Shown one piece after another: positions 57,091 through 64,000 of a DNA stretch of 64,000 nt (the stretch's first letter is position 1; each line of letters begins with the position of its first letter). Origin of the DNA: Bacillota bacterium (GTDB taxonomy: Bacteria > Bacillota > Clostridia > Tissierellales > Peptoniphilaceae). The stretch spans positions 77,715 to 141,714 of the forward strand of contig JAUNLQ010000003.1 of NCBI GenBank assembly GCA_030532225.1, written 5' to 3'. Under the pieces are notes generated by a model. The model saw only the letters and a list, made by a program, of their open reading frames with translations. It had not been told where the DNA came from and did not search any database. The translations under genes and the position numbers were made by a program.

Positions 57091-58188
57091 ATGAAATTTA
57101 AAATTAACCAACACGATTTAAATGAAAGTATATCTATAGTTCAAAGAGCTATTTCTTCTAAGGCTATTTCCAAAGAATTAGAAGGAGTCCTTTTACAACT
57201 TGAAAATGGCAAATTAAAATTAACAGGAACAGATGCAGAAATTATATCCATAGAAACTTATGTAGACTGCCAAGTTATAGAAGAAGGATCTAGCCTAGTA
57301 AATGCTAGATTATTTGGAGACATAATCAGAAAGCTTCCTAATGATGATATAGAAATTGAAGTTAAGGGAGACAGAATGTTTATATCAGTTCAAAAATCCA
57401 ACTTCGAACTATTAACCCACAACTACAAGGACTTTCCATCCCTACCAAAACTAGGCAAGGACAAGTCCATAATAGTAGCAACAGATACATTAAAAAGGGC
57501 CATTAAACAAACTAGCTTTGCAGTATCTTTAGACTATAACAGAAGGGCCTTAACAGGAGTACTTTTTGAAGTAAAAAATGACCAAATAAACTTTGTTGCC
57601 CTAGACGGCTATAGACTAGCAGTATATACAGACCCAAGTCCATCTGATCAAGAATACACAGCCATAGTTCCAGCCAAGGCCTTAACAGAACTGTCTAGAA
57701 CTATATCAGATGAAGATGAAAATATAAGAGTATGTTTTTCTAGAAACAATATTAGATTTGATCTTAAAGACACTACCTTTTATTCCCAACTTATAGATGG
57801 CCAGTTCTTTAAATATGAGGAAATAATAAGAAAAGACCATGTAACTACAGTAAAAGTTAACAGACATGCCTTCCAACAATCTCTAGAAAGGGCAGAACTA
57901 CTAGCCAAGGAAGAAAAGGCCAATTTAGTAAAACTAGAATTTAAAAATTCCCTAGTAAGAATTTTATCCAATACAGAATTAGGTTCTGTAGAAGAAGAAG
58001 TCCTAGTTGAAATAGAAGGATCAGACCAGCTAATAGCCTTTAACTCTAGGTATTTGTTAGATGGCATTAAGAATATGGACGATGTGGAAATAGAACTAAG
58101 TCTTTTAGACGATGTTAATCCAATGATAATAAGAGGAGTAGACAATCCTTCTTATCTATATCTAGTCCTACCAGTGAGGTTGGCCTAG
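57091..58188 (+). CDS. dnaN: DNA polymerase III beta clamp
   Basis: LTGTD, VALDGYRLA, IAFNSRYLLD, YLVLPVR. Confidence 0.97.
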   Translation: MKFKINQHDLNESISIVQRAISSKAISKELEGVLLQLENGKLKLTGTDAEIISIETYVDCQVIEEGSSLVNARLFGDIIRKLPNDDIEIEVKGDRMFISVQKSNFELLTHNYKDFPSLPKLGKDKSIIVATDTLKRAIKQTSFAVSLDYNRRALTGVLFEVKNDQINFVALDGYRLAVYTDPSPSDQEYTAIVPAKALTELSRTISDEDENIRVCFSRNNIRFDLKDTTFYSQLIDGQFFKYEEIIRKDHVTTVKVNRHAFQQSLERAELLAKEEKANLVKLEFKNSLVRILSNTELGSVEEEVLVEIEGSDQLIAFNSRYLLDGIKNMDDVEIELSLLDDVNPMIIRGVDNPSYLYLVLPVRLA

Positions 58189-58400
58189 TGAATATAATAG
58201 AAATTAAAATAGACTCAGACTTTATAAAACTAGACTCTCTCTTAAAATATGCCAACTTAGTAGGATCTGGCGGAGAGGCCAAGGTCCTAATCCAAGATGG
58301 CTACGTATTAGTAAATGGAGAAATTGAAAGAAGAAGAGGAAGAAAAATTCACCAGGGAGACCAGGTGGATTTTCAAGGACAAATAATAAAAGTACTATAA
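58188..58400 (+). CDS. yaaA: S4-domain protein YaaA
   Basis: FIKLDSLLK..SGGEAK..VNGEIERRRGRKI. Confidence 0.9.
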   Translation: MNIIEIKIDSDFIKLDSLLKYANLVGSGGEAKVLIQDGYVLVNGEIERRRGRKIHQGDQVDFQGQIIKVL

Positions 58401-59519
58401 ATGAAAATAAAAGAAATCAATATAAAAAACTTTAGGAATTACTCAGATTTATTTTTACAACCAAATAAAAATATAAATGTCTTTGTTGGAAAAAACGCCA
58501 GTGGCAAGACCAATATCTTAGAAGGAATTTCTATATTGATTTCTGGAAAGTCTTTTAGGACTACTAGGGACAAGGAAATTTTAAAATTCCAAGAAGATTT
58601 TTTTGAAATTTCAGCCTTAATCGAAAAATCTGGCCTGGACAAGGACTACTATTTAAGATACGAAAAGGATAAAAAGAAAAAATACCAAATAAACCTATCT
58701 AATATTAGTAGCCTTCAAGAACTAAGAATGTCCAGTCCCTTAGTTAGCTTTGTGCCAGAAGACTTGGAAATAGTAAAAGATGGTCCAGCCCTAAGAAGAA
58801 AATTTATGGACTCTGCTATTTCTAACTTAGATTTTATTTATAGGTACAACCTAAAAAAATACAAAAATATTTTAAAAGAAAAAAACAGCCTTTTAAAAGA
58901 AAGAAACAAGGGCCTAAATACTAACTTGCTTTTTCAAGCTTACAATATTCAACTAGCATCTTTAGGAGCCTATATAATCCAAGCTAGGAAAGAATTTTTA
59001 GACCAGCTTAATGAAAAAATCAAGGACCTACATTTAGACCTTAGTGCTGGCAAAGAAAACTTATATTTACTTTATCAAAATCCCCTAGGCCAAATTGCAA
59101 ATATAAAAGATCTAGAAAAAAATCTTTATAGTCAAATGATGGAAGCCCTAGAAAGGGACCTTTATGTAAAATACTCAACTTTTGGTCCTCACAGAGACGA
59201 TTTTGATATATTAACAAATAATATATCCTTAAAGACCTACGGATCCCAAGGCCAAAAGCGAACAGCAGTTTTATCTATGAAACTAATAGAAATAGACCTT
59301 ATTAGCCAAAAACGATCCCTTAGGCCCATTGTCCTTTTAGATGATGTGTTTTCTGAGCTAGACTCTTTTAGAAGGAAAAAACTAATAGATAATTTATCCA
59401 AAAGTCAGTCCTTTATTACTATGGCTGACGAAAAATATTTAGATGAATTTTCAGATGTTTCTTCTAATATATATTTAGTTAATGATGGAAAGATAAAATT
59501 AATAGACGGAGGAAATTAA
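58401..59519 (+). CDS. recF: DNA replication/repair protein RecF
   Basis: FRNY, GKNASGKTN, GPHRDD, GSQGQKR, LLDDVFSELD. Confidence 0.96.
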   Translation: MKIKEINIKNFRNYSDLFLQPNKNINVFVGKNASGKTNILEGISILISGKSFRTTRDKEILKFQEDFFEISALIEKSGLDKDYYLRYEKDKKKKYQINLSNISSLQELRMSSPLVSFVPEDLEIVKDGPALRRKFMDSAISNLDFIYRYNLKKYKNILKEKNSLLKERNKGLNTNLLFQAYNIQLASLGAYIIQARKEFLDQLNEKIKDLHLDLSAGKENLYLLYQNPLGQIANIKDLEKNLYSQMMEALERDLYVKYSTFGPHRDDFDILTNNISLKTYGSQGQKRTAVLSMKLIEIDLISQKRSLRPIVLLDDVFSELDSFRRKKLIDNLSKSQSFITMADEKYLDEFSDVSSNIYLVNDGKIKLIDGGN

Positions 59520-61438
59520 TGGCAGAAACAAATACAAATTATGGAGCCGATAATATTGAGGTTTTAGAGGGCCTTGCCCCAGTTAGACTTAGACCTCATA
59601 TGTATATTGGTTCAACAGGCCCAAAGGGTCTTCACCACTGTGTTTATGAAGTCTTAGACAACTCTATAGATGAAGTATTGGCAGGTCGTGCTAGCACAGT
59701 TGAGGTAATAATTTATAAAGACGGATCCATTTCAGTAGAAGACGATGGATCAGGTATACCAGTAGAAAAACACAAGACTACAGGCCTATCTACAGTAGAA
59801 ACAGTACTTACTATTCTTCATGCAGGAGGAAAATTCAACTCTGGTGCCTACAAGGTATCAGGTGGTCTTCATGGTGTAGGTGTTTCAGTAGTAAATGCCT
59901 TATCACAATGGCTAGAAGTTACAGTTTCTAGAAATGGCAACAAGTACAAACAAAGATTTGAAAAAGGAATAAGACAAACAGAGCTAGAAGTAGTTGGCAA
60001 GGCCAAAAAAACAGGTACCCTAGTTCGTTTTAAGCCAGACCCAGAAATATTTACAGAAACAGTAGAATTTGACTATGAAACCTTGGCTAGAAGATTTAAA
60101 GAAACTGCCTTTTTGACCAAGGAAGTAAAAATAGTTTTAGAAGACCAAAGAACTGGCAAAAAAGAGACCTTCCACTATGAAGGAGGAATAAAATCCTTTG
60201 TAGCAGAACTAAACAAGTCTAAGGAAACCTTACACAAGGATGTAATATATTTAGAAGACGAAAGGGAAAACACCAATGTCCAAATTGCCATCCAATATGT
60301 AGATGCCTATAACGAAAATGTTCTATCCTTTGCTAACAACATTAATACAGCAGAAGGTGGAACCCATGTTTCAGGCTTTAGGGGAGGCTTGACTAGGACC
60401 TTAAATGACTATGCTAGAGAATTTAATTTCCTAAAAGAAAAGGACGACAACTTCCAAGGAGAAGACACAAGAGTTGGCCTATCGGCTATAATTTCCATAA
60501 AATTGCCTAACCCTCAATATGAAGGCCAAACCAAGGGCAAGCTAGTAAATTCAGAAACTAGGGGAATTGTAGAAAACATAATAAATGAAATGCTAAAGGC
60601 CTACCTAGTAGAAAATCCAAAAACAGCCAAGGCTATTATGGAAAAGGTTATTAAGTCTAAGGAAGAAAGAGAAGCTGTAAGAAAACTAAAGACAGCCCAA
60701 AGAAGAACTTCCATGTTAGAAAAAACTACCCTACCAGGAAAACTAGCTGACTGCCAATCTGACGATATGGAAGTTACAGAAATCTTCTTAGTAGAAGGGG
60801 ACTCTGCAGGTGGATCTGCAAAAATGGGCAGGGACAACTTTCACCAGGCTATCCTACCTTTAAAGGGTAAAATAATGAACGTTGAAAAAGCCAACCTTAT
60901 TAAGGTCCTAGAATATGAAGAAATCCTAGCTATGATTTCAGCCTTTGGAACAGGTATAGGAGACGACTTTGATATTTCTAAGCTTAGATATGGCAAGATT
61001 ATAATAATGACAGATGCTGACGTTGACGGTGCCCACATTATGACCCTGCTTCTAACCTTCTTCTACAGATATATGCCTGAACTTATTAGACAGGGCCATG
61101 TTTATGTAGCTAACCCACCTTTATACGGCCTAGTAAGAGGCTCTAAGGTAATAAGATATTGTTATGATGACAAGGAATTAGAACAAGTTACCAAGGAAAT
61201 GGACATGAAAAACATAAAAATTTCCAGATACAAGGGACTTGGAGAAATGAATGCTGAACAACTTTGGGACACAACTATGAACCCTGACCACAGGATCCTT
61301 AACAAGGTTGTTATAAATGATGACGAAGACGAAGTATATTTAGATGAAACTTTTAGCATCTTAATGGGAGACAAGGTTGAACCTAGAAGGCAGTTTATAG
61401 AAGAAAATGCCCAACTAGTTAAAAACCTTGATGCATAG
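59519..61438 (+). CDS. gyrB: DNA gyrase subunit B
   Basis: [48 protein letters not shown]. Confidence 0.96.
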   Translation: MAETNTNYGADNIEVLEGLAPVRLRPHMYIGSTGPKGLHHCVYEVLDNSIDEVLAGRASTVEVIIYKDGSISVEDDGSGIPVEKHKTTGLSTVETVLTILHAGGKFNSGAYKVSGGLHGVGVSVVNALSQWLEVTVSRNGNKYKQRFEKGIRQTELEVVGKAKKTGTLVRFKPDPEIFTETVEFDYETLARRFKETAFLTKEVKIVLEDQRTGKKETFHYEGGIKSFVAELNKSKETLHKDVIYLEDERENTNVQIAIQYVDAYNENVLSFANNINTAEGGTHVSGFRGGLTRTLNDYAREFNFLKEKDDNFQGEDTRVGLSAIISIKLPNPQYEGQTKGKLVNSETRGIVENIINEMLKAYLVENPKTAKAIMEKVIKSKEEREAVRKLKTAQRRTSMLEKTTLPGKLADCQSDDMEVTEIFLVEGDSAGGSAKMGRDNFHQAILPLKGKIMNVEKANLIKVLEYEEILAMISAFGTGIGDDFDISKLRYGKIIIMTDADVDGAHIMTLLLTFFYRYMPELIRQGHVYVANPPLYGLVRGSKVIRYCYDDKELEQVTKEMDMKNIKISRYKGLGEMNAEQLWDTTMNPDHRILNKVVINDDEDEVYLDETFSILMGDKVEPRRQFIEENAQLVKNLDA

Positions 61439-61446
61439 GAGGAAAA

Positions 61447-63873
61447 ATGACAGAAGACAATAAAGACTTACAGACAATAGTAGATGTAGACCTACGAAAG
61501 TCTATGAAAGAGGCATATTTAGACTATGCAATGAGCGTTATTGTATCTCGTGCCCTACCAGATGTTAGAGACGGCCTAAAGCCAGTTCACAGAAGAATTA
61601 TATATGGCATGAACGAGCTACTCCTATATCCAGACAAGCCTTATAGAAAATCTGCCAGACTTGTAGGAGATGTAATGGGTAGGTTCCACCCTCATGGTGA
61701 CTCTGCAATTTATGAGGCCATAGTTAGACTGGCCCAAGACTTTTCAACTAGGTATCCCCTAGCAGATGGCCAAGGAAACTTTGGATCCATAGACGGAGAC
61801 GGGGCAGCAGCTATGCGTTACACAGAAGTTAGGATGACCAAGCTAGCCCAAGAAATGCTTAAAGACATTGACAAGGATACAGTAGACTTTGGTCCAAACT
61901 TTGACGATTCAGAAAAAGAACCTACAGTTTTGCCATCAAAATTCCCTAACCTAATAGTAAATGGCTCATCTGGTATAGCAGTAGGTATGGCTACTAATAT
62001 GGCTCCCCACAACTTAACAGAAACCATAGATGGAGTTGTAGCCTATATAGACAACAACGAAATAACAACAGATGAGCTAATGACCTATATAAAGGGCCCA
62101 GACTTCCCAACAGGGGGAATGATCATGGGCAAGAAGGCCATTAAAGAAGCCTATGAAACAGGCAGAGGCAAACTAACCCTAAGGGCTGTAGTAGAAGTTG
62201 AAGAAACAAAGAAAAAAACAGCCTTAATAGTAAAAGAGCTGCCTTACCAAGTAAACAAGTCAAGGCTAATTAAAAAAATAGCTCAATATGTCCAAGAAAA
62301 GAAAATCGAAGGAATCTCAGACCTAAGAGACGAATCAGACAGGTCTGGTATGAGAATAGTAATAGAACTAAAAAGAGATGCAATTCCAGAAGTAGTTCTA
62401 AACAACCTATACAAGTACACCCAATTACAAACTACCTTTGGTATAATCAACATAGCCTTAGTAAATGGCCAACCAAAAGAGCTGACCCTAAAAGAACTAA
62501 TAAGCCACTATGTAGACCACCAAATCCAAGTAATAGAAAGACGAACTCGTTTCGAATTAGACAAGGCAGAAAGAAGAGCCCATATTTTAGAAGGCTTGAA
62601 AATCGCCATTGACAACATTGATGAAATAATACAAATTATCAGGTCCAACTACTCAGACAAGGAAATCAAAGAAGAATTTGCCAAGAGATTTGGCCTAACA
62701 GAAATCCAGTCTCAAGCTATTTTAGACATGCAACTAAAACGTCTATCAGGCCTACAAAGGGAAAAGCTAGACGAAGAATATGCCAACCTAATAAAAGAAA
62801 TAGCCAGACTAAAAGAAATCCTAGCCAACCCTCATATAAGAGACCAAATTATAAAGTCTGAACTAATAGAGATAAAAGAAAAATATGGGGACATGAGAAG
62901 GACTGCTATTATGCCAGCAGCAGAAGAAATAGACCTAGCTGACATGATACCAGAAGAAGATGTAGTAATAACCCTAACTAACAAGGGCTACATTAAAAGG
63001 ATGCCAGAAGGAGCCTATAAGCCACAAAACAGAGGAGGCAAGGGAATTAGGGCCTTGACTACCAAGGATGGCGACTTTGTTTGCCAAATGTTTATAGTAA
63101 ACACCCACGACAATCTGCTTTTCTTTACTAACCAAGGTAATGTCTTTAGCCTAGTAGGCTATGAAATACCAGAAGCAGGTAGGCAGGCTAGAGGAATGGC
63201 CATAGTCAACTTACTCCAACTAAGACCTGGAGAAGAAGTATCTACAGTCCTAGCAGTAGATGAATTTAATCCAGAAAAATACTTCACCATGGTGACCAAG
63301 GAAGGAACAATTAAGAGGACCAGTGTAAGTGAATTTGAAAATATTAGAAGAACAGGTCTAAGGGCCATAACCCTAAGAGATGACGACCTTTTAATAGGAG
63401 TAGAAATTACCAACGGCCAAAATGAGCTAATCCTAACAACCAAAGAAGGCTATGCCATAAGATTTGCAGAAGAAGACGTAAATCCAACAGGTAGAAATTC
63501 TATGGGAGTAATAGGCATAAGACTTAATAAGGGAGACCAGGTAGTAAACTTCTCTAGGATAGAAGAAGATTCTTATTTAGTTTCAGTAGGAGCCAATGGC
63601 TATGGAAAACTTACAGACCTTAATGAATTTAATGTCCAAAACCGTGGAGGCAAGGGAGTAATTTCTTACAAGGTTACAGAAAAAACAGGTCAGGTAGTAG
63701 CATCATTTGGAGTTGGCAAAGAAGACCAACTTATGATAATATCAGAAGACGGGACAGTTATAAGAATTGCAGCTAACCAAATCTCAACCCTAGGTAGAAA
63801 TACCCAAGGAGTAAGATTGATTAATGTAAAAAATTCCAAGGTTGTTGCAGTAGCAATATTTATAGGAGAATAA
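61447..63873 (+). CDS. gyrA: DNA gyrase subunit A
   Basis: [24 protein letters not shown], GyrA-box QNRGGKG. Confidence 0.97.
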   Translation: MTEDNKDLQTIVDVDLRKSMKEAYLDYAMSVIVSRALPDVRDGLKPVHRRIIYGMNELLLYPDKPYRKSARLVGDVMGRFHPHGDSAIYEAIVRLAQDFSTRYPLADGQGNFGSIDGDGAAAMRYTEVRMTKLAQEMLKDIDKDTVDFGPNFDDSEKEPTVLPSKFPNLIVNGSSGIAVGMATNMAPHNLTETIDGVVAYIDNNEITTDELMTYIKGPDFPTGGMIMGKKAIKEAYETGRGKLTLRAVVEVEETKKKTALIVKELPYQVNKSRLIKKIAQYVQEKKIEGISDLRDESDRSGMRIVIELKRDAIPEVVLNNLYKYTQLQTTFGIINIALVNGQPKELTLKELISHYVDHQIQVIERRTRFELDKAERRAHILEGLKIAIDNIDEIIQIIRSNYSDKEIKEEFAKRFGLTEIQSQAILDMQLKRLSGLQREKLDEEYANLIKEIARLKEILANPHIRDQIIKSELIEIKEKYGDMRRTAIMPAAEEIDLADMIPEEDVVITLTNKGYIKRMPEGAYKPQNRGGKGIRALTTKDGDFVCQMFIVNTHDNLLFFTNQGNVFSLVGYEIPEAGRQARGMAIVNLLQLRPGEEVSTVLAVDEFNPEKYFTMVTKEGTIKRTSVSEFENIRRTGLRAITLRDDDLLIGVEITNGQNELILTTKEGYAIRFAEEDVNPTGRNSMGVIGIRLNKGDQVVNFSRIEEDSYLVSVGANGYGKLTDLNEFNVQNRGGKGVISYKVTEKTGQVVASFGVGKEDQLMIISEDGTVIRIAANQISTLGRNTQGVRLINVKNSKVVAVAIFIGE

Positions 63874-63875
63874 AA

Positions 63876-64000
63876 ATGTCATTTAGAAGAGAAATAGAAG
63901 AAAGACAGGACAAGGGTCCAGTAATAAAATTATTTGGTGAGCTTGACATATACACATCAACAGATTTTAAAGACGAAGTTTTGGAAATTTTAGAAAAATA
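63876..64000 (+). CDS. STAS-domain anti-sigma factor antagonist (RsbV/SpoIIAA-like), 5' part
   Basis: Manual translation MSFRREIEERQDKGPVIKLFGELDIYTSTDFKDEVLEILEK; GELDIYT motif; truncated by the window end. Confidence 0.75.
   Translation, partial: MSFRREIEERQDKGPVIKLFGELDIYTSTDFKDEVLEILEK

Noticed and set aside
61680-61720. Quinolone-resistance substitution in GyrA
   Set aside because: [10 protein letters not shown] retains the Ser and acidic residue typical of susceptible Firmicutes.
317-63443. Many short antisense ORFs in the ORF track (e.g. 3141-3386, 8666-8929, 15578-15952, 34688-35038, 48683-49096, 57780-58145)
   Set aside because: Shadow frames opposite well-supported genes.

Overview
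Low-GC Firmicutes chromosome segment spanning the replication origin. Gene content and order suggest an anaerobe of the Clostridia/Tissierellia (Peptoniphilus-like) type; this assignment is inference. The right end carries the canonical origin cluster (parB-parA, rsmG-mnmG-mnmE, jag-yidC-yidD-rnpA-rpmH, a bipartite oriC with DnaA boxes and DnaA-trios, dnaA-dnaN-yaaA-recF-gyrB-gyrA), followed by the start of a STAS/RsbV-like gene. The left part carries yybS-gdpP-rplI-dnaB-GNAT-dnaD-helicase loader, a stand-alone rpsD and the 5' end of a Tat-exported molybdoenzyme operon. Between them lie metabolic, stress and accessory genes: ferritin, rubrerythrin, pirin, two M20/AbgA-like hydrolases with AbgT, an ABC transporter-metallopeptidase-two-component operon, a CAMP-factor toxin and a papain-family protease with InlB B-repeats. 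No rRNA, tRNA, CRISPR array, integrase or transposase was recognised. The most notable non-coding signals are a second DnaA-box cluster about 38 kb from oriC upstream of a small Tudor-like gene, three parS sites (one doubling as a terminator), SigB-type promoters, four CiaR-like direct repeats, a GC-rich composite hairpin repeat at 2.2-2.9 kb, and an apparent 5'-to-3' gradient of third-codon-position bias along transcription units. All motif calls were made by eye.
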